Source: Callorhinchus milii
Taxonomy: Eukaryota
Length of the DNA: 64,000 nt
NCBI RefSeq assembly: GCF_018977255.1
Contig: NW_024704743.1
Location: forward strand, 88,724,001-88,788,000
Reading direction: 5' to 3'
The notes below the pieces were generated by a model that was given only the letters and a program-made list of their open reading frames with translations, searched no databases and was not told the DNA's origin. Shown piece by piece: positions 48,951-61,741 of this stretch. Made by a program: the position numbers and the translations under genes. How positions within the stretch are numbered: the first letter of the stretch is position 1; each line of letters opens with the position of its first letter.

Positions 48951-49624
48951 AAATGAGGAGACATTTGTATTGTAAACATAACATTGTGAGATTCAAACTC
49001 AATCATTATAGTAGACTACATAGTTCCTCGCCCTCCCCTCACCATGTATTGGCTTTGAATTTCATCAGCACCATCTTCTCTAATGGCACTTTGACTTTAC
49101 TTTTGACTTTTGGTCATTCTAGTGTTTTCTTTGTTTAATAGTTATTTTCTGGCTGGATTTGGCTCAGAGCAACAATGCTTGCAATCTACCTGGCCCAGAA
49201 AATGATACTTAGTACTGTTCAGGCTTAGGTGTTCTTGAGCAGAAACAGCTCATAAAATGACTATTAAACTAAAAAAAACCTACCGTACTTTGTAAGGGAG
49301 AAAAAGTATAACACAAATGCAGTCACTATAAACAACAATAACAATAAAGTCAGAGCCAGCATTTAGGTGGAGAGGGGAGGAGGAGAGGTGCAGTGTAACA
49401 TTGCTTGATTCACACCACAAGGTAACAATTAATACCACACATTTTGCCTATATTGCCCGCTAAATAATAAATGTTCAAAGAACATGCTAGTTTCAAACCT
49501 TTAAAGAGATATATGTGATACAGAATGAAAATCAAGTGAAAAGCTTCACCACCTACACAATTGCTAAATAATAGCATAATAACAGGATACACAAGGATTA
49601 TGATACATTTTAGAATATGAAAAA

Positions 49625-50330
49625 AACAAACGACAAACAAAATTACATTTATGGAGCGCCTTTCATGTTGGGAGGACGTTCCAAGGCGCTGGACAGTCAG
49701 GGGTCAGGAGTCAGGACCTGAGCATGGAGGAGGGGTGGGGAAGGGGTGAGGGAAGGCAGAGAGGTGGCAGGACGACTGAAAGCACGATTGAAGAGGAGGG
49801 TCTTGAGACCGGCCTTGAGGGAGGGAAGGGAGGAAGTGAGGCGAAGGGACTGTGGGATGGAGTTCCAGAGTGAGGGGGCAGAGAGGCTAAAAGCCCGGCC
49901 ACCGATAGTAGGGTGGGTCGGGCAGGAGACATGGAGCAGGCCGGAGCCCGCTGAATGGAGGGAACGGGCAGGTTGGTAGGGAGTCAGCAGATCCGAGAGA
50001 TAGGAGGGGGCAAGGCCATGGATGGTCTTGAATGTGAGGACGAGGATCTTGAACTCGATCCTCTGAGGAATGGGGAGCCAGTGGAGTCGGGCGAGGGTGG
50101 GAGTGATGGGGTCATGGAGCCTGGTGTGTGAGAGGACACGAGCTGCAGAGTTTTGGATGGTCTGCAGCTTGTGAAGGGAAGAATTGGGAAGGCCGATGAG
50201 GAGGGAGTTTCCATAATCGAGCCTTGATATGACGAATGCGTGGGCGAGGGTTTCGGCAGCCTGAGGGGTGAGGCAGTGGTGGAGTCTGGCAATGTTGCGG
50301 AGGTGGTAGTAGGCAGTGCTGGTCATTAGA
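49625..50330 (-). mobile_element. young L2 3' end with an intact ~210-codon ORF2 C-terminus
   Basis: TAYYHLRNIARL...HAFVISRLDYGNSLL...LHWLPIPQRIEFKIL...LWNSIPQ; close relative of 675-1328. Confidence 0.96.
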
Positions 50331-50869
50331 CACAACAAAGCCCATCTTAAACTACTTAATTTTTTTTAACCTTATCCCTTCCCTCTGGAAACATGGCGTC
50401 TTGTCTCTATGCGTATTATTTGTTTCATGACCTATTGCCCTTTACACAAAAAACATTCTGTGCCCTCCCATTATTATACTTGACATTTATGTTTTACTTT
50501 GTGTCCCCTGGTATGAGTGCAAATGATTACTTTCTTGATGGGAGTTAATACGAATCAACACAATTAAACCATGAATCCATTTTAAATCAGAAATACAACC
50601 TGAAATGTTTGTATTTATTGTGCCAGATAAATGCCAATTCAAGTTGTTCCTTGAACCAATACCATTAAAAATATAAAAAAACAACTTTAAGATTTAGTTC
50701 TAAGTAAACTAAAAATAATGCCTATAATGCATTGGCAATTACTACTTCACATGATTGAAATACAGAGGCAAACTACCTATTGGTATACTTCCAATTACAG
50801 CCTAGTTCAGATAATAGGACATCCTCTGAGTCAGTAAGGTGTGGGTTCAAGCTCCACATGGGGCCTGGT

Positions 50870-51200
50870 GATTTTACTGTAAAGGGGAGTGAGTGGGCAA
50901 TTTGTAGGCAAATGCAACAGCCAACAGAGCAAAACAGTCTCCTGTAAACAACCAAGAAGTGATTGATCAATTTTATGTGGGAGATTGTTGGCAGAGACAC
51001 CAGAGATATTCTCTTTTCTTTTCAAATAGTTCTATGGGATCTTTAATGTCCACCTGAACAGGCAGCCAAGGCCTTGGTTTAATAGCTCATTTGTAGGATG
51101 ACACCTCCAACAATACAGTGCTACCCCATCACAACATTGGAATGTACTATGAGCTCAAAGCCCAATGTGAAGCTTGAACCCACAACCTTTTGAATCATCT
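50870..51200 (-). mobile_element. DeuSINE-like SINE
   Basis: GGGATCTTTAATGTCCACCTGAACAGGCAG...CTTGAACCCACAACC. Confidence 0.78.
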
Positions 51201-52354
51201 GTGAGACAGTGACAGACAAATTCAAATTGAAACAGATGTTACAACTTGCAGTTGGCTGGCACCTTTCACGTAAGGTGATCATTTTTAAGTGCTTAATAGG
51301 TACTGTATAATAGAGCTCACCTTTTATTGGGAGATTTAAACATGTTGACTAAAAGCATGGTCAAAAAATATGTTTTTAAGAGTGGTTTACTGAAAAGTAA
51401 CTTCTAATGTAACCTCCAGATCTTTTATAGCATTTCAAAGCTTTTTTTGTAATATTTTTGCATTTGCCTTTAAATTTATTCTTGTTCAGTTACCTTATCT
51501 ACTCAACCTGGTTTATCCTTAAGTATACCCAATTATTCCTGTGAAAGTCTAGAGGAAACAGAGTATGGGATGCTTCTTGGTGAAGAGATGCATGAAAAGT
51601 CTGTTTAAAAACAGCTTCAGGCACTGCAGGAAAAAATAAAATATCTGGCCACCACTTCAGTCAAAAACCATAACGTTACAAGCAACAATAGGAAGCTGTG
51701 TCAGAAATCTCACTCAAAAATGTGTTTAGTATCAGGTTGGTCCAAGCCAGTTATATTTCGTCTGGGTCAGAAGTGAAACACACTGAATTTTTGCTTCCAA
51801 TAAAAAGAGTGAATTTGTGCAATTCACTAAAATTTGGAAGACCGCACATCCAAAGAATTATGCAACTGTTTTGGCTCCTTCACAATTCTATGGTGGATGG
51901 TAAAGCACTATGAGTTTGGATACAAAGCAGATGAGTTATCATGGATTTAACAGAGTCGCTGTGGCCCTAATTTGAATGGATTTCTGCCAGTCCATTGGAA
52001 TCAAAAGAAGTTCCTTTATTGTTGGTTACAAATAGGATGCTTCCTTGGTCTGACAACATATCATCCCAACAGGACTGAGGCAGGTGATGGTGAATAAACT
52101 ATCTAAACATAACATTTTTAGAATCCACAGATGAATCATTGAAACTATTGTAAATTTTGTTTCTCAGAAACCAGAATGTCTGCTCGATTGTGTAAATTGA
52201 AATGAATGATAAGACACAACTACTTTGAAATGCTAGTCTCATAACCCACCATATTGGCAGGCTCCGTGCCTTGCTTGCGAAAATGGGAAGAGGTGTTTCA
52301 ACCCCAAACCTATTGTTAATGATAAGTTTTAATCATATTTTCTGTTCATGTGAT

Positions 52355-52695
52355 TATGTATTAATAATCCTTGTATCTGATAGAGCATCTAAAAGATAAA
52401 AACTTCTCAAAGTAATTTAAAGTAATTAGGGTTAAATGTAGCGTCTGTGTATCTGCAGGCAAGCTCAGCAACATCCCATAAACATCCATGAAATGAACAT
52501 TCAGTTTATCTGGGGAATTTGTAGTCAGTATACTGGGAGACATTCCTTTCTATTTCACATAGTGCCATAGAAGATTTAACATTCACCTGAGCAGGCGGAT
52601 AAGACCTCAGTTTAACATTTCATTCGAAGGACAAAACCTGTAACAATGCAGTACTTTCCCAACATTGCAGTGGAGTGTAATTCTAGACCATAGAC
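52355..52695 (-). mobile_element. DeuSINE-like SINE
   Basis: AATAATCCTTG tail; CACCTGAGCAGGCGG...CCTCAGTTTAACATTTCATTCGAAGGAC core. Confidence 0.7.
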
Positions 52696-53811
52696 TATTT
52701 TCTCCACTGTATTTTTTCACTTCAAAATATATCCGTCAAGACACTTCACCCAGTCAATTCATTTGAAGTGTAGTGACTGTTTCTAGCAATGTTTATGATA
52801 TTTGATCCCAAATATATAAGGTAATAAGTCTATCGTTTTGTCACATAAATATAACCGCAAAACAATTCCTTTTCCACTTTTGTCACACTCCCAGATATTT
52901 CCACATTAAACGAAACTCTGACAAGCCTGTCGCTCATCTTATTTATGAGCAAAAATGCCATTCTTTATCATTAATATCAAATGTGGTGACCTACTTCTAC
53001 GATTCATTCAGATTTTCAAATACCTTCCAAGCAGAGGATTTGGCAAGAACACTTTACAGTTCTTCACCTATCGTCCTGAACATGGCTTGGTGATTAAATG
53101 CATAAGTGGCAAACAGTCAGCAACCAGACAACCAGACAAGTAGTGATAGTTTTCTATTTTGGTTCTACATTTCATTCATGTCCATTGCTCTCATTGACCG
53201 GAGAAATTTAGACTTTAAAAGGTACAATGTCACAATGCATTAACTGATGTGCAAGTGAGTAATCACAGCTTTGTTCATCAAGTCAATGAAGAATATTTCC
53301 ATTCTATGGGAAACACACTTTACTGAAAAATAGATGAATCCTGAACCAAAGGTAAAAGTAAAATGTACATTGATTTACATACACATTGATGCAAGTTCAA
53401 TATGTGTGATCAATTACCTATCGTTAAATTTGGCAATAAAGATTGTTTATTTTATTATGATTATTATAATACTTCTATTTATTGGAGAGTTCATGTTCTT
53501 ATTAATGTGAAGGATCTCAGCATTGGGAAGGAAATATGTTTCCCCTTATTACACTCAATGTCAGCATCAAGCACTTGCCGGTCAGATTGGTTATTGTGGG
53601 TCATATTCAGGGCAGAGGTTTCTGAATGTTACCCACTTAATGTACTTTAACCACACGCTCAGTAAGATTGGTAATTTCATATCAAATTGTGTCATATTGT
53701 GACCTGTTTTCAATTGTGAGCCTCCCACAAGAAGTATTAAGAGATCCAATCATTTGTGAAGCTTGATTGATGGGCAATTTCACCTCAATTTCAAAATGTG
53801 TTAGTGGTTAC

Positions 53812-54370
53812 AGGTGTCAGCTTGGCTCAGTTAGAAGCATTTTTATCGTTGGATTGAAAGTCGTGCGTTAATGTCTCACATTGGGACATGAATTCAGAAT
53901 CGTGGTTGACAGAACGTGTTGCGAGAGGTGCTTTTTTTTGGTCAGCCAGGTGTCTGATACATGCAGAAACCCATCATCACGCTTAAGGATATTCAAACCA
54001 AACTGAGAATTCCATGTATCCCATCTACACATGGAAATTCCAGAGATAGATTGTTCAAATGGATTGCACACTCTCTTCCTGGAGGGACGCATCCTAATTT
54101 GGGTATTAGGCAAGAGCCAAGGCTTGGGGACCCCAGAGTGTGCATTGGGGCAACTGCTGGAGACTAACCAGTTCCTGTATGTCTTACAAGTGAATGTGTT
54201 TCTTGCTCAGTGTCCAACCCTGCCACTATGAAGTGCTCCGAGATGTTATCCTATGTGAAGAGTGCTATACAACTGCAAGTTATTGCTGAATATTAAACAT
54301 TTTACAACACTATTCCAAAAGAGAAGGGAATATTGTCTAGTGTCTTGATTGACAGTATTCCAGATTAATT
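53812..54370 (+). mobile_element. DeuSINE-like copy containing an unclassified L2-tailed insert (about 53940-54288)
   Basis: GTCAGCTTGGCTCAGTTAG head; the insert ends GCCACTATGAAGTGCTCCGAGATG...TGCTATACAACTGCAAGTTATTG. Confidence 0.55.
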
Positions 54371-54568
54371 GGTAGATTGCTTTATTTTGTTTGAATACAC
54401 AAGAAATCCAATGGATCATATTGATTCTTTAATCAAATTTTCATGAAACATTGTTTATTAAAATCAAAAATATGATTTAAATAGGGAGAATTTGTCCCAA
54501 ATGGAAATGCTTTTCTCAATCTCAGTCCTGGATCAAGCTGGTGATTTTGTTTTAACCTTTATTTCCAG

Positions 54569-55876
54569 ACTGGAGGGCTCTACCAGACATTTGAATCTCA
54601 TCTTCAAAATGCCAAGCGTTGTCACGATTTCAAACCAAGTGGAATTATGCACCTCATTATAAGTGTGCTATGCTGGCATCTGGGTATCAGAAATAGATGG
54701 CATGAGCCATGACTTCAAATCATAACCTCAATCAATTGAAAAGCAGAAAATGTTACATGAGCTGCACGGTCTCGAGTGAAAATCAATCTAGTCACTGCAG
54801 CGATGATCTGAAACGTATTTCATAAAAATTTTGATCACATTTGTTACAGGGTCTCTCATAATTCTTTTGATACCAGTATTAAAGATGCAGAGCAAACAGC
54901 GCTATTTTCAATGGTCAGTGTAAGATGGGCTTCAACGTCAATGGGTACCACAATGGGGTCCATAGCAGTACAAACTGGGTTCCTTTGTTAGTGCAAACTG
55001 CATCGGGTAAATAATCATACCACCACAGTATCTATAAGAAAAGAACACTGTCAAGTCAAACATCAAGTAAACAGAAATGTTTTAAATTTATCACAAAGAG
55101 ATGCATCACCAAGTGTATGATGCGAAAATAATCACTGATGGGTCATTCTGCTCCTGGTGATGAGTGAGTGGATGGAATCTCAACAATGGCACCTCTGACA
55201 CTATAACACTTCGAGCATTTTTCCCAAGTAAAGGAAATGGTCTCATTAATGAACAAGGTTTACAAAATAACAAACACCCACCTGAGGATGTCAGTGCTTG
55301 GACCTGGAAAGGAACAATTCATCATATCTGGAAATGGTGATCCACCCACTGATGGTTAGCACATGTTCTTAAATAACACAAGGAATACTTTGAAACTACC
55401 CAAAATGTTAATTTGTTTGGCCGATCTGAAATCCTCTTATTGTGCTAATTTTTTGAAGGTGCCTGAATTACTGATTAGCTCCAGTATGGGATATAATAGC
55501 TCCAAAAGAAGTAAATTAGCTTAGTTCCAGAGGCTGTTGCTCAAAGTTTTTAGGCTTTAACAAAAGACACCTGAGGAACCTGACTGCAGTTTGAAAGCTC
55601 ATTGTACCTAAGCTCATACAAATTGTACTAGCTTAGGCACAAACGAATGGACATTTTTATATAAAGGATTATATGATTTGTATCTGTGCCCTCTATTTTA
55701 TGAGAAGCATTTATAGTGGATGGTGATTTCAGAGCATTTTGATTGAAATTGCATCCATCATTGGAATCCAGTCCCATTGATTGACACTGAGCAAAGAATA
55801 GACCTTTCGACCACAAGCTATGAAAAGTAGTAAGAGATTTGTTGTGTCGAGATTTTTGATGATTATTTTGTGAAGG
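54569..55876 (+). pseudogene. exon-shaped 1.3-kb non-repeat block with no long ORF
   Basis: ttttgttttaacctttatttccag acceptor; AAG/GTAAGC donor at about 55876; fragment NLNNGTSDTITLRAFFPSKGNGLINEQGLQNNKHPPEDV. Confidence 0.22.
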
Positions 55877-56139
55877 TAAGCACCAGATGAGGGGAAAAAA
55901 GTCCCCTTAAGAGAAATCTGGGATCAGAATCTGAATAATGGACCATGTGTAAGTGTTGAACTAAAATGAAACAAGCTTGCAGAATGTTACAAACCACTGC
56001 AGGAAATTGTAAGTAAGGAAATTAGATGGTTAAAGGATAAATTGAACAATCCTGTTTTCTGCAAAGTTGAAGTTGGCCATGACTAGATCTTGGCTGGCTG
56101 ACCCATAAGCTGTGGAAGTTTTTATAAAAGATACATATT

Positions 56140-56392
56140 AATTGTGTCGCTGAGCCTTGACAGCAAAGTGTTAGTGTCTATTCAATGGAGGGAGGGGGGG
56201 ATACTATCACAGCAGAGCCAATCCTGTTTTCACCCAACATCCACATGGCTCATCACTGGAGAGCAACCAACAACAGCAACTTGCATTAATATAGTTCTCT
56301 TCACGCCAGGTAGGGTCTCGGGGTGCTTAAACCCAGAGTGGGAATCTCAGTTGACTTTCCCTTTCCCAAATCAGGGTGATGAGGTTAACCAG
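56140..56392 (-). mobile_element. LF-SINE-like fragment split by an L2 tail (about 56265-56330)
   Basis: TGAGCCTTGACAG...ATCACAGCAGAGCCAATCCTGTTTTCACCCAACATCCACA...GGGAATCTCAGTTGACTTTCCC. Confidence 0.7.
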
Positions 56393-56509
56393 AAGCATAG
56401 AACTATAGACATTTATAGCACTGAAGACCCATCGTGTCTGTGCTTGCTCTTTTATAGAGCAATCCTTTCACTTGGCGTTTCCCCATACCCCTTTGTAGCA
56501 ATCTTCTAG

Positions 56510-56960
56510 TTCAGCTTTAATGCTTATGTCAAAACATCTCAAAGTGCTTCATGTGTATTTGCTGTAAAGTGAAATGACTGTATATTGGTAGTTTAACTGT
56601 GGCAGCTAATTTATGCGCAGCAGTGTCTCATGAATGACAACAACAAAAAATTGCATTTATATATGCCTTTCACATCGGGAGGACATTCCAAGGGACTGGG
56701 CAGTCAAAGATTTGTGCAAATAGGCATGAAGTCTATTATCAAATTATCTGGAAGATTATTGGCCAGACCACTGGGAGAACTCCATTCCCTTTTCAAATAA
56801 TACCATGGAATCTTTAATGGCCACTTGAAGTGGCAGATGGCAGATATTTTAATATGTAATCTGAAAGAAGGTATTTTTAACAATGCAGCACTCCCTCAGT
56901 GCCTCACATGGGTGTCAGCTTAGAGTGTGAGCTCAAAGTCCCAACAATAAAGCTTAAATC
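56510..56960 (-). mobile_element. DeuSINE-like SINE with a nested L2 tail (56637-56705)
   Basis: CAATGCAGCACTCCCTCAG...GTGTCAGC core; CAACAAC...TTTCACATCGGGAGGACATTCCAAGG insert. Confidence 0.75.
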
Positions 56961-58911
56961 CCAGGTTGTTGAATGTATTACAGCGACCAACATGGGCTTA
57001 AACGGTTTGAATGAAGATGATAAAATTCAATGTCATTTTATTTGAACTGTCAGCATTGACATTTATTAACATTAAATAGAAATAACCGAGAGACTGTCAG
57101 TAAATAATTAATGCCATAGTAAATATAAGTACAAAACATATATCACTAATTATTCATTTAATTTTTTTGTCTAATCTAATAAATGATTCAGGGTAGTTTG
57201 CCATTTATCAAATGAGGTTCTCAGGATAATTGACATGAATAAATGGTAAAATATGCAAAGCTCCAAACAGACACTGAATCTTTAATTTAACAAATTATAA
57301 TTCAGCTCAACGGTACACCTGATTCACGTATTCACAAGTTATAAAGTGACTGTAGATATACAGCACACATCACTCAAGTAAAAGAATGTTGTAGGAAATT
57401 AAATATTAATCTTCATATAATGAGAGGGACAACCTGCTCATGAAAAAGGCTAATCTTCTACAAAGCACTTTCGACTTTGTAGTGAATACAGAAATCCATG
57501 TGTATTGCACGAGTCAAGATAAGAAGGAAATAGCCGTCCTTTAAGAAATGTGACATTTTTTTACATTTCATCAATCACAATTAAGCTCGTGAAGCAGGCT
57601 GAAACAGAGGCAAAATAACACACATAAGGAAGGCACAGAATGAATTCCAAAATACACAAATTGTCAAAAATTGAATTAAAAAAATCCAAACTAATCTTCC
57701 TTTGCACTTGTCTGGAATGCCTGCACAGGAACTTGATATTGACCATGACAAGAGAGGCAAATAAAACTTTTTCTTATTTTATGGAATTTGCAACTCCTGT
57801 ATTAGTTTCTTTAGTGTGAGCGAGAAAGGTGCAAACAGCATCCACTTGTGTGGCTAGTCTAATAGTTATTGTAATTGCAATGTTAACATGACACAGTCTT
57901 GTGCTACTTTCTCAATTTGAGAGACATGCTCGTTCACCTTCTCGCGGAAGATTCGTCAGTCGTGAAGCCTTTGTGAATTGAGAACTAAATTTCAGATAGA
58001 TTTTGCATTGAGACTTCATATACAAATAATGTACTGAGAGAAATTTCTGTTGTTGCTTTCATATCAAACAAATTGGAATTGACCAAGAAGTAGAATGAAA
58101 ATAGGAAGAAGTAAAATCTTTCAATGGTTGTGGAACTGATTGATGGGAGCTTCTTGGTACAAAATGGTACAAAATGCACATGTGCATCCATTGGATACAC
58201 TGAAAAGGGTTCACAGTATCAAGAACAGATTTCTACCAAGCATGTAAATGGCTCAAAATCAAAAGGCTTTGAGATTTTATGAATTTTTAATAAATGCAAA
58301 GAAAAGGCAAAGCTCTAATCACGCTCGTTCCAGATGGGATGAGTATTATCCAATGAAGTGACCTGAGGACCTGTTGAATATCATTCACTGAATGTAACAT
58401 GTCAAAACTTGGAGCAGGGCCGTGCACATAGCAATAGCCTGATTCCAACGGCACCTCTTGATGTCATCAGCTGCCTCCATACAATTAAGCAACTGAAGCA
58501 AAGTAACATTTGAAGTAAACACAAAAGATACATTATCATGCAGGAATAATGCTTATAGTAACAGAGGATAGCAGTGCAACCTTGGCATAATGCTAGATAC
58601 AAGAAAATCCTTTTGTTGAAATTCGCAAGTTAAAATCTTCATTCTGATAGCCTGGGTCAGCAAACCAACTGTATAGAGTCAGGTTCCTGAGGTTGTTTTA
58701 ATCGTGATACCAGCAAATGATTGGAAAGAGCGGGTTATGTGGGAGCAGAGGCTGGGATAAGAGGGTGACCGGGGTGAGTATTTATGGCAATGCTCATTAA
58801 GGTATAGACTTCCGCTGTGTCTTGTGCCATTTTATACAAGTGAAAGTTTAAGGAACATCACCCAACAGTGTAAGGCAGACACCGCAGCACACAGCAAATT
58901 TTAACATTCAA

Positions 58912-59070
58912 TTTTTGTTGAGTTGACTTATCTCAGTTGGATTTACAGTTGAGGCACTACAACTACCCGCAGTGCTCTCGGGATAGGAAGGAGGAAATCA
59001 GCCAAGGAAGTTCTGCTCCTGAACAGTACCCGGAGACTTCTGCTCAAGGTATGTGGTATACACGCAGGTT
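58912..59070 (+). mobile_element. LF-SINE-like central region
   Basis: GTTGAGTTGACTTATCTCAG...GGCACTACAACT...GGAGGAAATCAGCCAAGG...CTGCTCCTGA...GACTTCTGCT. Confidence 0.72.
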
Positions 59071-60494
59071 TTGCAGGTGATAATTATTACACTGATTGTG
59101 CAAATTTTTCATCTCAATTTCTCTTCACCAGTCTTGCCATTTAGCATTGCAAGAAAACAGCAAGGGTTAAAAAGAGTTGCAGAAAACAACTTCTGAGTTA
59201 AACCAGGATTTAAGAATTCTGCAAAATTTTGCACAATGTTACATTTGAAGACAAAAGATCTTAAGGGTAAGAAGACCATGTGAGATGTTGGGCCTCTGTT
59301 GTTCCTCCTCCCTCTCCCATAACATGACATATTCCTTTGCCCCTGGCTCATTACTGACCCATTTCTTTGATGAAGCTGACCGGAATCCACAATATGTGTT
59401 GGCATCCAGCGGAAGAACAGCAGAGCACGGAGGATATGCAATCTAGAGACAAATGTCAGCAAAATCTCACAAGTAACAAACATAAATGAAGTGCATATAT
59501 TTCACTGGAATGGGTTCGAATAAATCAGACATTCACCTGTTCCATTTTTCTTTATTTAACAAGACTGTTTGAGACTGCGACAGTCCACAATCTCTGTCTA
59601 GCAGAGAATGAAAACATCTTTTTCATACTGTACTTCTGTAAATGCTGCACATACAGAATCTCTATTCCTTTATTTTTTTCAAAACCTGTTGAATTTAAGT
59701 TCACCATCAGGCAATCTACTGCTTCTTTGATCTGTGATGCGGAGGCTTTCAACACAAAAAATTATCAGGACCTCCGAGTGCACAGGTATAATAGAGCACC
59801 ATTTGGTCACAATGGAAGTTCAGAGTCTCCAACACTGCTGTGCATGTAATAATATATGACAATGTCTGCATTGCCTGCTGAGATGTTTAAGTGGACTCTT
59901 TCAAATAAAACTGTTTAACTAGTTTCTCTTTTTACTTGCAACACAGTTTCCATCGCACAGCTAAGGAAGTGCTTACAGCAGGTTTTAACTGACTATTCCA
60001 GAGAAGTATTTGTTTGCATAAAAGGGAAATTATCTGGGAGAATTTTCAGTGATGATCTCAGTCCTTCAGCAAGCCATGTGCAGAAGCTTTCAAAATTCTG
60101 ATACTTTACTAGAAATCACATGCATATTGTTTTAAACAGGGATCTAAACAGAGTTGATTGCTTTAAGTATGATGCTGATTTTAGCCTGATATTGAATATT
60201 TTAAAATGTATCACTTTGTGCTGTTACCCATTTCTCTGTAAAAGGATTCAAATACTATAACACTATCTTCTCCAACATAACAAGCATCCAGATAAAATAG
60301 TCATTCACTTCATGACGATTTGTGGGACCTTGCTCTGCTAAAATTGACTGCCATATTTGCCTACAAATAGCAGTCAAGACCCTTGGCAGCAAGTAACTGT
60401 GAGGCACTCAGGATACACTCGGGGTCCTGATGACTTTGAGACATTGGCTATATCAAATACATGGATTATTATCACATTTATCATTAATGCAGTT

Positions 60495-61741
60495 CCCTCA
60501 CAAGTAGATAAACGGAGAGGGTGGAGGGTGCAGTTGATGTAGATTATACGGACTTTCAAAAGGCATTTGACAAATTGCCACATGAAAGACTTGTAAGAAA
60601 GATAGAAGCCCATGGTATAAAAGGGACAGTGGCAGCATGGATCCAGAACTGGCTGGGAGACAGAAAGCAGAGAGTTGTGGTGAATGGCTGCATTTCTGAC
60701 TGAAGTGAAGTGTACAGTGGCGTCCCCCAGGGATCGGTATTGGGACCACTGCTCTTCTTAATATACATAAATGATCTGGACTTGGGTATAGCAAGTACAA
60801 TTTCCAAGTCTGCGGATGACACAAAGTTAGGTAGGGTGGCAAACTGTGAGAAAGATAGCAGCCAACTGCAGGAAGACATAGACAGAATGGTAAAATGGGC
60901 AGACACATGGCAGATGAATTTCAAAGTGGAGAAATGCGAGGTAATGCATTTTGGTAGAAAGAATGAGGGGAGGCAATATAGGCTGGTAATACAATCTTAA
61001 GTGGGGTAAAAGAACAGAGAGACCTGGGGGTGCAGGTAAATGAATCCTTGAAGGTGGCAGAACAGGTAGATAAAGCTGTAAAAAGGGCATATGGGATACT
61101 AGGCTTTATAAATAGGGGCATAGAGTATAAGAATCACAAGATTATGATTAACCTATATAAAACACTGGGTAGGCCTCAGTTAGAATACTGCGCCCAATTC
61201 TGGGCACCACACTATAGGAAGGATGTTAAGGCATTGGAAAGGGTGCAGAGGAGATTTACGAGGATGGTACCAGGAATGCGGGACCTTGATTATGAGGAAA
61301 GGCTAGTGAGGCTGGGATTATTCTCATTGGAGCAGAGAAGGTTACGAGGAGACCTAATAGAGGTCTTCAAAATCATGAGGGGATTTGATAAGTTAGAAAG
61401 GGAAAAAACTTTTTCCACTGGTGGGTGTGTCGGTGACTCGAGGTCACAGATTTAAATTAATCTCTAAAAGAAGCAGAGGGGAGGTGAGAAGAAATTTCTT
61501 CACACAGCGAGTTGTTCGAATCTGGAATGCATTGCCTGAAAGGATGGTGGAGGCCGATTCGATAACAACTTTTGAAAATGCCGTGGATGGGTATTTGAGG
61601 AGGACGGGCTTGCAGGGTTATGGGGAAAGGGCTGGGGAGTGGGATTGACGTTACATTGCTCTTTTCAAAGAGCCGGCACAGACTCGATGGGCCAAATGGC
61701 CTCTTTTTGTCCTGTACAATTCTATGATTCTATGATTCTAT
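60495..61741 (+). mobile_element. young 5'-truncated CR1 LINE (RT to 3' tail), with one stop and frameshifts
   Basis: VDVDYTDFQKAFDKLPH, SGVPQGSVLGPLLFLIYINDL, ADDTKLG, LEYCAQFWAPHYRKD, RRNFFTQRVVRIWNALP; (ATTCTATG)n tail. Confidence 0.97.

Noticed and set aside
49697..50338. 213-aa host gene (likewise the 217-aa ORF at 675-1328)
   Set aside because: Both are L2 ORF2 C-termini ending in L2 tails
58370..58493. Minus-strand exon LLNCMEAADDIKRCRWNQAIAMCTALLQVLTCYIQ
   Set aside because: In-frame stop before any good donor, no recognisable homology, and it conflicts with the + strand reading
60521..61648. Active reverse transcriptase or retron-like system
   Set aside because: 5'-truncated CR1 with an in-frame stop at 60701 and frameshifts; no endonuclease
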